Assembly: GCA_963798845.1 (NCBI GenBank)
Contig: CAWCUS010000002.1
Location: 768,001-832,000 of the forward strand
DNA: 64,000 nt
Direction: 5' to 3'
From: an uncultured Gemmatimonadales bacterium
GTDB lineage: Bacteria; Gemmatimonadota; Gemmatimonadetes; Longimicrobiales; RSA9
In this document: one piece after another, positions 20,510 through 34,655 of the stretch
Position numbering within the stretch: the first letter of the stretch is position 1
How the letters are laid out: the number at the start of each line of letters is the position of its first letter
Made by a program: the position numbers and the translations under genes
The notes under the pieces: generated by a model
What the model was told of the DNA's origin: nothing
Seen by the model: the letters and a program-made list of their open reading frames with translations, nothing else
Database searches by the model: none

Positions 20510-21589
20510 ATGAGGGGGAGCCGGGTTCTCGTGTATCGGCTCGGGTCGCTCGGCGACACGATCGTGGCGCTGCCGGCGCTGCGGCTGGTCGCCCGGGCGT
20601 TCCCCGACGCCGAGCGGTGGGTCCTCACCAACCGCAGCGAAGGCGGCAAGGCCGCCGCCATCTCGGAGGTCGTGGGTGGAACCGGCCTGGTCCACGGCTT
20701 CCTCGACTACCCGCTCGCGACGCGCAGCGCGCGCGAGCTGCTGCGTCTGCGGAGGAGCATCCGACGGCTGCGTCCGCGCACGCTCGTCTACCTGGCGGAG
20801 CCCCGGGGACGGCTGGCCGCGCTCCGCGACGCCGCCTTCTTCAGGCTGTGCGGCATCCCGCGCATCGTGGGTCTGCCCGTCGGGCGGGAGCGTCAGCGCG
20901 TCCGCGCGCTCGATCCGAGCCTGTACGAACGCGAGGGGGCGAGGCTGGCGCGGTGCGTGTCGGCGCTTGGGGACGCCCGCTGGGACGACCCGGGCTCGTA
21001 CGACCTCGCCCTGTCCGGAGCCGAGCACGAGGCAGCCCGGCGCGCGCTGGGCCGGTTGCCAGAGGATGTTCCCGTGCTCGGCGTGAGCATCGGCGCCAAG
21101 GTGGACGTGAAGGACTGGGGGGACGCGAACTGGTCGGAGCTGCTCGGATCACTCTCGGCCAGGCTGCGCTGGGGACTGGTGGCGGTCGGCTCCGCCGACG
21201 AGCGGGAGAGGTGCGACCGGGTGCTCGCGAGCTGGGCGGGGCCTTCCCTCAACCTGTGCGGCACCCTGCCCGTCCGCGTGTCCGCCGCCGTCCTTTCGCG
21301 CTGCCGGCTGTTCATCGGGCACGACAGCGGGCCCATGCACATGGCCGCCGCCGTCGGCACCCCGGTCGTGGCGGTGTTCAGCTCCCGCAACCTGCCGGGG
21401 GAGTGGTTCCCCTACGGCGACGGCCACCGGGTGCTGTACCGGCCGATGCCATGCCAGGGGTGCGGCCTGGATCGATGCGTCGAGAGGCGGAAAGCGTGCA
21501 TCCGCGCCATCACCGTGGATGACGTGCGCGCCGCGGTCCTCGAGGAGATCGGCGAGGCGGCGTCCGCCAAGCGCGGCCGGGCCACCTGA
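20510..21589 (+). CDS. Glycosyltransferase family 9 (heptosyltransferase-like)
   Basis: LGSLGDTIVALP, KDW, FIGHDSGPMHMAAAVGTPVVAVF, Cys-rich C-terminus. Confidence 0.88.
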   Translation: MRGSRVLVYRLGSLGDTIVALPALRLVARAFPDAERWVLTNRSEGGKAAAISEVVGGTGLVHGFLDYPLATRSARELLRLRRSIRRLRPRTLVYLAEPRGRLAALRDAAFFRLCGIPRIVGLPVGRERQRVRALDPSLYEREGARLARCVSALGDARWDDPGSYDLALSGAEHEAARRALGRLPEDVPVLGVSIGAKVDVKDWGDANWSELLGSLSARLRWGLVAVGSADERERCDRVLASWAGPSLNLCGTLPVRVSAAVLSRCRLFIGHDSGPMHMAAAVGTPVVAVFSSRNLPGEWFPYGDGHRVLYRPMPCQGCGLDRCVERRKACIRAITVDDVRAAVLEEIGEAASAKRGRAT

Positions 21590-23355
21590 TGTGCGGCATC
21601 TCCGGGATCGTGAGCCGCGGGCGGGCCCCCGTGGACGGCGAGGCGCTCCTCCGGATGCGCGAGGCCATGCGCGTCCGGGGTCCGGATGGGGAGGGTGCGT
21701 GGATCCGCCCGGGCGGTGGGGTGGGGTTGGCTCATACCCGGCTCGCGGTGCTGGACCCTTCGGACCGGGGTGCCCAGCCGATGCGCTCCGCCGATGGTGT
21801 ATCCTGCGTCGTCTTCAACGGGGAGATCTACAACCACCCGGAGCTGCGCCAGTGGTGCGAGTCGCGAGGGACCCGCTACGTCAGCGGAAGCGACACCGAG
21901 ACCCTGCTCCACCTGTACGCGCTGGAAGGCCCCGATTTCGTGAAACGTTTGCGCGGGATGTTCGCGTTCGCCCTGTGGGACGAGCGCCGTTCAGCCCTCC
22001 TCCTCGCTCGTGATGCATTCGGCATCAAGCCGCTCTACTACTCTCTCGACGCGGGCGAGCTGCGGTTCGCATCGCAGGTCAAGGCCCTGGTGGCGGGAGG
22101 CGTGGATGGCACGGTCGACCCGGCGGGGCTCGCCTCGTTCCTCATCTGGGGCTACGTCACGGAGCCGTTCACGTGGCATCGCCGCATCAAGGCAGTCCCG
22201 GCGGGGTCGACGATCCTGGTGGACAGGTCGGGGAGGATTTCCCTCCGGAGGTATCACCGCCCGTCCGACGCCGTCCGTCGAGACCGCCAGTGCGAACCGC
22301 CGGCGCGGCCACTGCCCGAAGCGCTGCTGGACAGCGTCGAGCATCACCTCCTGTCGGACGTTCCCGTGGGTCTCTTCCTTTCCGCCGGCGTCGACTCGGG
22401 GACGCTGTGCGCGCTCACGCAGGAATGCGCGGACCCCGCTACCCTGCAATCGGTTACAGTGCGCTTCGCCGAGCACGCGGACACGAGCCAGGACGAGGGG
22501 GCCCGCGCGGGCGCCGTGGCCGCGCGGTACGGGTGCCCGCACGAGGTGGTCACGTTCGGGCGAGCGGACTTCGAGGCCGAGCGCGACCGCATCGTGGAGG
22601 CAATGGACCAGCCCACCGTCGACGGCATCAACACGTACTTCGTGAGCGCGGCGGCCGCGCGAGTCGGCCTGAAGGTCGCCCTGTCGGGCGTCGGCGCCGA
22701 CGAGGCGTTCGGGGGCTACGGCTCCTTCCGAGAGGTTCCGGGCCTCGCTCGGGCGACGCGAGCGGTGCCGCGCCGGCTCGGACGCGGTCTGCGGAAGGCC
22801 ATCGCGCCGCTGTCCGGGCGTCTGCCCTCCCCGAAGTACGCCGGTCTGCTCGAGTACGGAGGCACCGTGCCCGGAGCGTACCTGCTGCGTCGCGCGGTGT
22901 ACATGCCGTGGGAGCTGGGGCGCATCGTCGACCCCGACCTGGCGGCCGCCGGCCTGGCGGAGCTGGACCTGGGCCGCACCCTGGACGAAGTGGTCCAGGG
23001 GATCGACTCGCCGTACGAGCAGGTGATGGCGCTCGAGCAGGAGGTCTACCTGCGGAACTGCCTCTTGCGGGACACCGACTGGGCAGGGATGGCGCACTCG
23101 CTGGAGATCCGCACCCCGTTCGTGGACCGGGGCGTGTGGGACGCGGTGGTCTCCCTCAACCGTGCCCGTCCCGCCCCGCTCGGGAAGGGCGATCTCTTCC
23201 GGACGCCGCGCCTGCCGCTACCACCCGAGCAGCAGCGCCGGGCGAAGACCGGCTTCAACGTGCCGGTGATGGACTGGGTCGCTCCCGCGGCGCGAGCGCG
23301 GCGGGGCGACGGTCGTCGCCAGTGGGCCCTGGCGCTCCTGGGGGAGCTCGCGTGA
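21589..23355 (+). CDS. asnB: Asparagine synthase-like glutamine amidotransferase
   Basis: N-terminal MCGISG, RGPD, FNGEIYN, SDTE, FLSAGVDS, LSGVGADE, SLEIRTPF. Confidence 0.9.
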   Translation: MCGISGIVSRGRAPVDGEALLRMREAMRVRGPDGEGAWIRPGGGVGLAHTRLAVLDPSDRGAQPMRSADGVSCVVFNGEIYNHPELRQWCESRGTRYVSGSDTETLLHLYALEGPDFVKRLRGMFAFALWDERRSALLLARDAFGIKPLYYSLDAGELRFASQVKALVAGGVDGTVDPAGLASFLIWGYVTEPFTWHRRIKAVPAGSTILVDRSGRISLRRYHRPSDAVRRDRQCEPPARPLPEALLDSVEHHLLSDVPVGLFLSAGVDSGTLCALTQECADPATLQSVTVRFAEHADTSQDEGARAGAVAARYGCPHEVVTFGRADFEAERDRIVEAMDQPTVDGINTYFVSAAAARVGLKVALSGVGADEAFGGYGSFREVPGLARATRAVPRRLGRGLRKAIAPLSGRLPSPKYAGLLEYGGTVPGAYLLRRAVYMPWELGRIVDPDLAAAGLAELDLGRTLDEVVQGIDSPYEQVMALEQEVYLRNCLLRDTDWAGMAHSLEIRTPFVDRGVWDAVVSLNRARPAPLGKGDLFRTPRLPLPPEQQRRAKTGFNVPVMDWVAPAARARRGDGRRQWALALLGELA

Positions 23356-23410
23356 CGCAGCTACGTGCGGCGGCGCCAGCCAGGGGCGGCGTGCGCGTGG
23401 ACGGCGTGCG

Positions 23411-24370
23411 ATGAGTGGATCGCTCCGGAGCAGTCTGCTCCGCGTCCGGTACCACGTGCGGAAGCTCAGCTGGGTGGGCGCCGCCGCGTACATGGTGCCG
23501 AACGTCGTGAACGCGTTGCTTCCCGGGCGGTGGGGGGAGGACGTTCGCGCCGGACCCCCGAGGGGTCGCGTCGCACTCTGCCTTCGCTTCCGGGACGAAG
23601 CGCCGTTCCTCGGCGAGTGGCTCGAGTACCATCGCGCCGCCGGCGTCGACCACTTCTTCATGTATGACAACTTCAGCGAGGACGACTACGCCGGCGTCCT
23701 GGATCGCTTTCCGGAGCCCGAGCGCGTGACGCTCATCGGCTGGCCGTTCTCGCCCGCGTCCCCGGGGGCGGAGCACGACTGCATCGCGCGCGCTCGCGGC
23801 CGGTTCGAATGGGTCGGATTCCTCGATGCCGACGAGTTCGTCGTGGTGCGGGACGGGCGGTCCGTGCCGGAGTTCCTGGCCGGGTTCCCGGACGCGCCGG
23901 GCGTCGCGCTGCACTGGTACCAGTACGGGTCGGCGGGACACGAGCGCAGGCCGCCGGGGAGGGTGATCGAGGCGTACACGCGTCGGAGCCGAGAGCCGAA
24001 CAGGCATTTCAAGGTGTTCGTCCGACCCGAGCGCGTCACGAGAAACCGCAACTCGCACAACTTCTACTATCGCGGGGCGGCGTGCGCGGTGCGCGAGGAC
24101 GGGAGCCGCGCGTTCGGGAGCATGGCGGCCCGGCCGGTCGCCCGGGAAGCGTGGATCAACCACTATCACTACAAGAGTCTCGAGGACTACCTGGAGAAGG
24201 CGGCCCGGTCCTCGACGCTCGATCGCTCGGGCATGGCGGAGCCCTCGCGACGGGTCGAGCTGGCGCAGAGCGCCATGACCGTGGCCAACGAAGTGGAGGA
24301 CCTGAGCGCCGTCCGCTATCTCGAGAGCCGGAAGCGCGCGCGCGGCCGGGTCAGCGGGAGTCGCCGATGA
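23411..24370 (+). CDS. Glycosyltransferase family 92 / DUF23-like (GT-A fold)
   Basis: RDEAPFLGEWLEYH..AGVDHFFMYDN.S.D, WVGFLDADEF (DxD), INHYHYKS. Confidence 0.8.
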   Translation: MSGSLRSSLLRVRYHVRKLSWVGAAAYMVPNVVNALLPGRWGEDVRAGPPRGRVALCLRFRDEAPFLGEWLEYHRAAGVDHFFMYDNFSEDDYAGVLDRFPEPERVTLIGWPFSPASPGAEHDCIARARGRFEWVGFLDADEFVVVRDGRSVPEFLAGFPDAPGVALHWYQYGSAGHERRPPGRVIEAYTRRSREPNRHFKVFVRPERVTRNRNSHNFYYRGAACAVREDGSRAFGSMAARPVAREAWINHYHYKSLEDYLEKAARSSTLDRSGMAEPSRRVELAQSAMTVANEVEDLSAVRYLESRKRARGRVSGSRR

Positions 24371-25629
24371 GGATCCTGCACGTCCAGGAGAGCCTGTCGC
24401 CCCGCTATGGCGGGCCGTCGCAGGTGCTCACTGGTCTCGCCCGGGCCCAGGAGCGCGCCGGGCACAGCGTCGTCATCGCCACCACCAACGCCGACTATCC
24501 CAGGGGCGTATACCGGGCGAGCGGCTGGGACACGCTCCCCGGGTCGCGCGTGGGCGTGCTCTACGGGGGCGTCGTTTTCCGTCCGCTCAAGGTATCGCGG
24601 TCGCTGGGGGTGTTCCTCGAGCGTGAGACCCGGGGCTTCGACCTCGTGCACATCCACGGCCTCTACAGGTTTCCTCCCACGTACGCGGCCTACCAGGCGC
24701 GCAGGCACGGGGTTCCCTACATCGTGCGGCCCCACGGCTCGCTCGATCCGTTCCTGTACCAGCGGAGCTCCCTGAGCCTCGTGCTCAAGCGCCTCCACGA
24801 GCGGCTGTTCGACCTGCCTGACCTCAAGGGCGCGGCCGCCATCCACTTCACGGCGGAAGCCGAGAGGGAGAAGGCTGCACTGGTCCCCGCCACCACTCCT
24901 TCCTTCGTGGTGCCGAACGGAGTGGAATGGGACCGCTTCGCCGAGCTGCCCGAGCGCGGCCGCCTGCGTGCGCGATGGCAGCTCGGCGAAGCCCCCGTGG
25001 TTCTGTTTCTCGGCCGTTTGCACCCGAAGAAGGGGCTGGAGATCCTGATCGATGCGTTCTCCAGGGTGCGGGGGGAAGGCAGCCGTGCCCAGCTCGTGAT
25101 CGCCGGCCCCGACAACGACGGACACGGCCGCGACGTGATCGAGTGGGTCCGTGCCCGGGAGCTCCAGGGCAGCGTGCGTTTCGTGGGCCCACTCGATGGC
25201 GAGGACGTGGTGCAGGCGTACGTCGACGCCGACGTCTTCGCGCTGCCGTCCCATACCGAGAATTTCGGCATGACGGTGGTGGAAGCCATGGCGTGCCGGC
25301 TTCCTGTCGTGGTTTCCGGCCACGTGGACATCCACCCCGCCATCCGAAGCGCAGGCGCGGGGCTGGTGGTCGGCGGCGCCCCGGAGCTGGCACACGCGCT
25401 CGACTCCCTCCTCGACGACGACGGAAGGAGGAGCCGGATGGGTGAAGCGGGGCGCGCCCTCGTTCGAGAGCGCTACACCTGGAGCGCCGTGGTCGGGGAG
25501 CTGGACGCCGCGTACGAAGCGGCGGTGGACCGGCACCGGCGCGGGCGCGGGCCGGTCGCTCCCGAGGCGCCGCACGGGTCCGCGGGTCGGACGACGCGGC
25601 AAGCGACGCCCACGGCCCCGCGCCCATAG
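24367..25629 (+). CDS. Glycosyltransferase family 4
   Basis: YGGP, PHGSL, FLGRLHPKKG, LPSHTENFGMTVVEAMAC. Confidence 0.9.
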   Translation: MRILHVQESLSPRYGGPSQVLTGLARAQERAGHSVVIATTNADYPRGVYRASGWDTLPGSRVGVLYGGVVFRPLKVSRSLGVFLERETRGFDLVHIHGLYRFPPTYAAYQARRHGVPYIVRPHGSLDPFLYQRSSLSLVLKRLHERLFDLPDLKGAAAIHFTAEAEREKAALVPATTPSFVVPNGVEWDRFAELPERGRLRARWQLGEAPVVLFLGRLHPKKGLEILIDAFSRVRGEGSRAQLVIAGPDNDGHGRDVIEWVRARELQGSVRFVGPLDGEDVVQAYVDADVFALPSHTENFGMTVVEAMACRLPVVVSGHVDIHPAIRSAGAGLVVGGAPELAHALDSLLDDDGRRSRMGEAGRALVRERYTWSAVVGELDAAYEAAVDRHRRGRGPVAPEAPHGSAGRTTRQATPTAPRP

Positions 25630-25633
25630 CGCC

Positions 25634-26368
25634 ATGGCCACCCGCCTGCTGACGAAGGGACGCAAGGCCGTGCGCGTCCTGGTCACTGCGCCGTGGCGGC
25701 GCGCCCTCCTGCGCCACCGCGTGGCCGCGGCCGTCGAGCACTTCCCGATCCTCCGACGGCTGGGGGAGCTGCGGACGGTGGTGGACATCGGCGCGAACCG
25801 GGGCCAGTTCGCACTCGTGGCGCGGCGCGTGTGGCCGGATGCGCGGATCGTGTCGTTCGAGCCGCTGTCCGGCGCCGCTTCCGTGTTCAGGGTCGTGTTC
25901 CGCGGCGACGCGCGGACGCGCATCGAGGACGCGGCGATCGCGCCACGGTCGGGCGCGGGCACCCTCCACGTCTCACGCCGCGACGACTCCTCGTCGCTCC
26001 TCCCGATCGGGCGCGCTCAGCGCGAGTTGTTCCCGGGCACCGACGAGATCCGCACCGTGGGCGTGCGCGTGGCTCCCCTCGGCGAGTACCTGGATGCCGC
26101 CATGGAGACGCCCGCCCTCCTCAAGCTCGACGTGCAGGGCTACGAGCTGGAGGCGCTGCGGGGGTGCGAGGACCTGCTGGACCGCTTCCAGTGGGTGTAC
26201 GTGGAGTGCTCGTACGTGGAGCTGTACGAGGGGCAGGCGCTGGCCGGAGAGGTGGAGGAGTGGCTCGTCGCCCGCGGCTACGTCCCGCGGGGCATCCACA
26301 ACCCGATCCGGGATCGGAGCGGCCGCCTCATCCAGGCGGACTTCCTGTTCGACAGGACGGAAGGCTGA
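25634..26368 (+). CDS. FkbM family methyltransferase
   Basis: VDIGANRGQF, SFEP, LLKLDVQGYELEAL, LYEGQ, QADFLF. Confidence 0.9.
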   Translation: MATRLLTKGRKAVRVLVTAPWRRALLRHRVAAAVEHFPILRRLGELRTVVDIGANRGQFALVARRVWPDARIVSFEPLSGAASVFRVVFRGDARTRIEDAAIAPRSGAGTLHVSRRDDSSSLLPIGRAQRELFPGTDEIRTVGVRVAPLGEYLDAAMETPALLKLDVQGYELEALRGCEDLLDRFQWVYVECSYVELYEGQALAGEVEEWLVARGYVPRGIHNPIRDRSGRLIQADFLFDRTEG

Positions 26369-26437
26369 CGGCGGCGGATCGGCGAGCCACCGTCCGGGCG
26401 CGCGCGAGGGCGGGCGCGAGGGCGACATCGCCCGGCG

Positions 26438-28871
26438 TCACACCCGGACCTTCTCGCCTTCCTCCTCCTGCCCGCCGTAGTAGTGCTGGTAGGCGTAGCC
26501 GTAGGAGCCGTACCCGCCGTAGTACTTGGCGTCGCGCCGGTAGTCGACGTCGTTGAGCACGGAGCCGAGCAGCGTCGCGCGCACGTTCCGGATCTGCTCG
26601 CTGGCGAAGCTGAGCGCCTGCTTCGGCGTGACGGAGGCGCGGGCGACGAGGACCACGCCATCGGTGTTGGTGCCCAGGACCGCGGCGTCGGTGACGAGGT
26701 TGAGGGGCGGCGAATCGAGGATGACGGCGTCGTAGCGCTCCGTGAGCGCAGCCAGGAGCGTGCGCATGTTCGTCGATCCCAGCAGCTCGGCGGGGTTCGG
26801 AGGGATGGTCCCGGAGCTCAGCAGGTCGATGGCGCCGCTGTCTCCGAGGTCCACGGTCCGGGCCGCTTGCTCCGCGGACACCGCCCCGAGCAGGACGTTT
26901 GAAAGGCCGGGCTCCCGCGGCAGGCCGAACACGGCGCTGAGCACGCCGCGTCGCAGGTCCGCGTCGACGAGAAGCACGCTGCGGCCCTGCTGCGCCAGCG
27001 TGATGGCGAAGTTGGCCGCGCTCGTCGACTTGCCTTCGCCCGGCGTCGGGCTGCTGAACACCAGCGTCCGGGGCGCGTGGTCCGGCCGCAGGAACGTGAT
27101 GTTCGTGCGCAGCGACCGGTACGCCTCCGAGACGGGGTTGCTGGGATCGTGTCCGGTGACGAGCCGCTGCTCCAGCCCCGTCGCCGCGACACCGGGCGTG
27201 CGCGTCCGGCCCCCGTTGCGGCGCATCCGGCTGTGCACGCCGTCCCAGCGGATGGTGGGGATGATCCCGAGAACGGGCGCGCCCGTGGCCTCCGCGACGT
27301 CCTCGCGCGTATGCACCGTGGTGTCGGAGTACTCCCGGATGAAGGCGACTCCGACGCCGACGATCCCACCGAGAACGAGCGCCAGCGCCACGTTCAGCAT
27401 CCCGCGCGGCTTGATGGGCTCCTGCGGCCGGATGGCCGGATCCACCACCCGGACGCTCGGGTCCTCCACGGCCTCGGCGATCTCCGCCTCCTTCAGCCGC
27501 GTCTGGAGGAGCGTGTAGATCTGCTCGAGCACCGACGTCTGCCGCTTGAGACGCGCGAACTGGACCTCCTTGGCCGGGATCTGCTCGAGCTGGGTTCCGA
27601 AACGGGCGAGCGTGGCGTCCAGCGACCGCACCTGGTTGGTCACACCCTCGAGGTACGTGGACGCGATCGCCCGGAGCTGGACTTCCAGGTCATGGATCCG
27701 CCCCGTCAGCGTGAGCACGTCCGGGTGCTTCGTGTTGAAGCGCTTCGTCAGCTCGGCGCGCGCGTTCTCGGCCTCGTTGAGTGACCGCAGCAGCTCGGTC
27801 GTCGCCTGGTTGCGCAGCAGCGACGGGAACGCGATCAGACGCCGGTAGGGCGCGGGGTCTTCCGGGTTCGCCGCCGTCGCCGTGCGGATCTCGTCCATGA
27901 GGGTCTGGAGGGCCGCGCGCTCGGCATTCGAGCTCGTCCCGCTGGCCCTGCATCTCGGCCAGGCGCTGGACCTGCGCGCTGGCCTCGTCTTCCAGCGACA
28001 CCACCTGCTGCCGCTCGCGGAAATCGCGGAGTGCATCCTCCGCGCCCGCGAGCTGGACCGAGAGCTGGCCGATCTGGTCGCGCAGGAACGCCACGGTGCT
28101 GCGCGTCTCGGTCTTCTGGACCTGGTTGCGGCGCGCGATGAACGTGCGGGCGAGGGCGTTGGGGACGTCGCGGGCGAGCCCGCGGTCGGAGCTCTGATAG
28201 TGGACTTCAACCACGTTCGCGTCCTGGTTCGGCCGCGTCACGGTGAGCGCGTCTCGCAGCCCGGCGACCGTGGCCTCGAACGACCGGACGGCGAAGCGGA
28301 CCTCGTCCTCGTCCGCGGCTCCGGGGGCGAGCACCACCTCCGCCGCATCCAGCGGAATCCGCTCGCCGACGGCGTACGTGCCCACGTCCTCGCCGGTGGT
28401 GGTGTTCCGGACGACGAAGCGGCCGTCATCCCTCTTCCGGGCCTCGTACTCCGCGTCCTCCTCGGTCTTCAGCGGCGCGCGTGTGGCGCTCACCATGCTC
28501 AGGACCCGCTCGCGCGGCGTACGCATGGGCGCTTGCAGGACCACGCGCAGGCCGAGGGAGTCCGCCACATCCTCGGCCACGACGCGGCTGCGGAGCACCT
28601 CCATCTCCGTTTCGACCTGGCTCCCGCGGGCGATGGAGCTGAGGATGTCGAGCATGGCCACCTGGGACTGCTCCTCCTCGTCGATCCGGATCGAAGTGGA
28701 AGCCTCGTAGATGGGCGTGGCGAGGAGCGTGTACGCCACGCCAAGAACGCCCGCGAGCGCGATGCACCCTGCGATGATCCAGCGATTGCGGCGCAGGATG
28801 TTCCAGATCTCGCGCAGCTCGATCTCGTCGTCGGGCCGGCCGTTGCCGGGAGCCGTGGGTCGGGAGTCCAT
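26438..28871 (-). CDS. wzc: Wzc-like polysaccharide co-polymerase / tyrosine autokinase (one +1 frameshift near 27928)
   Basis: Wzz N-terminus (EIELREIWNILRRNRW) in ORF 27690..28871; second frame carries SEAYRSLRTNI, GEGKST Walker A, DADLR, PPNPAELL and a Tyr-rich tail. Confidence 0.9.
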
Positions 28872-28873
28872 GG

Positions 28874-29548
28874 TCAGTGCGAGATGATGAGCGCGATCAC
28901 CAGGCTGACGCTGCCGGTGATGGCGGCGGCCACGATGTTCGAGTTGCGGGCGAGCCAGCTGCGCTCCGGCACGTAGAACTGGTCGCCGGAGCGGACGGGG
29001 AGCTCGGCGATCCGGGTGCGGCGGCTCAGCGTCGCCGTCAGGACCTCGCCGTCCCGCAGCAGCTGCACCCTGTCCGGGTTGCCCGCGGGCGTGGCGCCGC
29101 CGGCCATCGCGATGGCGTCCGCCACGGTCATGGTCGGGTCCACGCGGTACAGCCCCGGCCGCGCGACCGAGCCGAGCACGTTCACGCGCCGGAGCAGTGT
29201 GACGTCGACGGCCGGATCCCGGAGGTACTCGCCGTAGCCGGACACCAGCTGCTCCTTGAGCGCCGCCGGCGACAACTCCGTCACCCGCATCGCGCCCAGG
29301 AGCGGGAACACCGCCGTCCCCGTCTCATCCACCTGGTACTCCCCCGACAGGTCGGGCTCGCGCCAGATCCTGAGCTGCACCACGTCGCCCGGCCGCAGCA
29401 GCTGGTCGGCCGCCGTGGTGTCCATGGCCGGCGAGGCAGACGACGCTCCGGGCTCGGCGCTGTCCGGTGTCGCCTGTGCGGACGCGCGCGGAGGCGCCCA
29501 CACGAGCGGGAGGAGGACGGTGACGAGCAGCGGGAGCCGAAAGTTCAT
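28874..29548 (-). CDS. wza: Wza-like polysaccharide export protein (Poly_export + SLBB)
   Basis: Signal peptide, LRPGDVVQL, VDETG..FPLLG, VLGSVARPG.Y, SGDQFYVP. Confidence 0.85.
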   Translation of the reverse strand: MNFRLPLLVTVLLPLVWAPPRASAQATPDSAEPGASSASPAMDTTAADQLLRPGDVVQLRIWREPDLSGEYQVDETGTAVFPLLGAMRVTELSPAALKEQLVSGYGEYLRDPAVDVTLLRRVNVLGSVARPGLYRVDPTMTVADAIAMAGGATPAGNPDRVQLLRDGEVLTATLSRRTRIAELPVRSGDQFYVPERSWLARNSNIVAAAITGSVSLVIALIISH

Positions 29549-29635
29549 CTGCCAGCTGGTGTGTACAGCGGTGACGCCGCGCGATTGCCCGGTCCTGGTG
29601 CGGGGCGCTGGATCGGCCCCGGGGGCCGAGCGGAA

Positions 29636-29664
29636 ACAATAGCGCGGAGTGGGGGAGGGTACAA
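29636..29664 (-). promoter_or_regulatory. Putative sigma70 promoter for wza-wzc
   Basis: Minus strand TTGTAC-N17-TATTGT. Confidence 0.55.
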
Positions 29665-29763
29665 CCCGCGGTCGAGGAAGATGCGAACGGCGGGAAGCGA
29701 CGGACGGGAACGCGGATACGCGGACTCGCCACGAAAGCACGGGGGGCGCCCGGCCGGGGTCGG

Positions 29764-30366
29764 CTACTGAATCGCGGGGTCGGGGTCGCTGCCGAACCAG
29801 GCGACGGCGTAGTGCGGGGACACGGCCACGCCGAGGGCGCGCCAGGGGGCGACCCACCTCCCTTCGTTCAGGATCACGGCCCTGTGCTCGGCGCTCTGCT
29901 TCCACATGGCGAATGCCTGCCCGGTCGACATGGCCGGGGTCTCCCACGCGGCGATCTCGTAGCCCTCGCCCTGGTAGACGCCTCCGGTGATCTCGGCCGG
30001 CTTGCTCCACATGATCGGAGCGTGACTGCCGTCCTCCGTGTAGCAGCACGGCGTCCAGCTCCCCCGGTCCGACCAGCTGTGGAGGTTGCACTCGCCGCGG
30101 TCCGGCCGGTTCTCCTCCAGGTCCCTGACGTGGGCCTCCGCCACCGCCGTGAGCGAAGGGGAGACCGGAATCCCGGGCAGCCCGAGGCTGGCGCGGTAGT
30201 CGTTGATCAGCCGGGCGAGGGAGGTGGTGTCGGCCGGGAGCGGCGCTGCGCGTTCGGCCAGCAGGTCGACCGCGCAGCCGCCCGCAGGCAGGGACAGCAG
30301 CCCCGTCAGCAGCAGCACCGCGCTGGCGCGGAAGGGGGCGCGCCCCGGCCTTCGGCTTCGCTGCAC
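29764..30366 (-). CDS. CAP/SCP domain lipoprotein
   Basis: AGGC lipobox-like; LINDYRASLGL, AEAH, WKQSAEHRAVILN, WFG. Confidence 0.8.
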   Translation of the reverse strand: MQRSRRPGRAPFRASAVLLLTGLLSLPAGGCAVDLLAERAAPLPADTTSLARLINDYRASLGLPGIPVSPSLTAVAEAHVRDLEENRPDRGECNLHSWSDRGSWTPCCYTEDGSHAPIMWSKPAEITGGVYQGEGYEIAAWETPAMSTGQAFAMWKQSAEHRAVILNEGRWVAPWRALGVAVSPHYAVAWFGSDPDPAIQ

Positions 30367-30605
30367 GTCACCTTGCCTTCTCGTCGGGCGGGGGAAAAAA
30401 CGTTAACGGGCGGTATGATTGCGCATTCCGGCGGATGATGCCAGAGGGAGGCCGGCCCGGCGGCGTGGTCCGGGGGCGGGCGGTGGCCGGGGTGGCGCGG
30501 GGCGGGGGCGCCGGCGTACGCTTACAGGTTCGGATCGATCCCGGCAGGACCGGGTAGCAGAAGGACTGTGACACTAAGGGCATCGCACGCGCGAGGGCGA
30601 ACAAA

Positions 30606-33948
<3,343 letters not shown>

Positions 33949-34021
33949 CGCGGGATCCACGGAAACGTCCACTTCCGGACAGGGCACGTGAACGCGCTAC
34001 GGCCCACGTGACGAGGCGGCC

Positions 34022-34597
34022 ATGAAGGTTGGCGTCTTCGGCGGCACGTTCGACCCGCCGCACCTGGGGCACCTGGTCGCCGCGCAGGAGATCCACGCGC
34101 AGCTGCGCCTCGACCGGCTGCTGCTGGTGCCCGCGGCCGTGCCACCCCACAAGCAGGACCGGGAGGTTTCTCCGGGCGACGTGCGGCTCGAGATGCTGCG
34201 CGCTGCCGTGGGCGACGACCGCCGTTTCGAGGTCAGCAACGTGGAGCTGCGGCGGGGGGGCGCTTCGTACACGGTGGACACGCTCCGGACGCTGCGGGAG
34301 CGCCACGGCGCCACCGTGAGGCTGTTCCTCGCCATGGGCGCCGACCAGGCCGGCGAGTTCGATACCTGGCGGGAGCCCGACGCCGTCGCGGAGCTGGCCA
34401 CGCTCGCGCTGTTCGCCCGCGAAGGTCAGGCGGTGCCGGATCTCCCCGGCCGCCGCGTCGCCCACGTCACCGTTCCCACCCTCGAGGTCTCCTCCACCGA
34501 CATCCGCCGGCGCGTCCGTTCCGGCGAGCCGATCCGGTTCCTGGTCCCGGACCCGGTCGCCGCGATCATCCGCAGGGAAGGGTTGTACACCGCGTAG
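34022..34597 (+). CDS. nadD: Nicotinate-nucleotide adenylyltransferase
   Basis: GGTFDPPHLGH, SYTVDTL, MGAD, VSSTDIR. Confidence 0.95.
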   Translation: MKVGVFGGTFDPPHLGHLVAAQEIHAQLRLDRLLLVPAAVPPHKQDREVSPGDVRLEMLRAAVGDDRRFEVSNVELRRGGASYTVDTLRTLRERHGATVRLFLAMGADQAGEFDTWREPDAVAELATLALFAREGQAVPDLPGRRVAHVTVPTLEVSSTDIRRRVRSGEPIRFLVPDPVAAIIRREGLYTA

Positions 34598-34655
34598 GCG
34601 CTCCCCCCAGCCACGGCTTGGCTCGTCCGGTCCGGCTATGGACGCGCCCCGCTGA

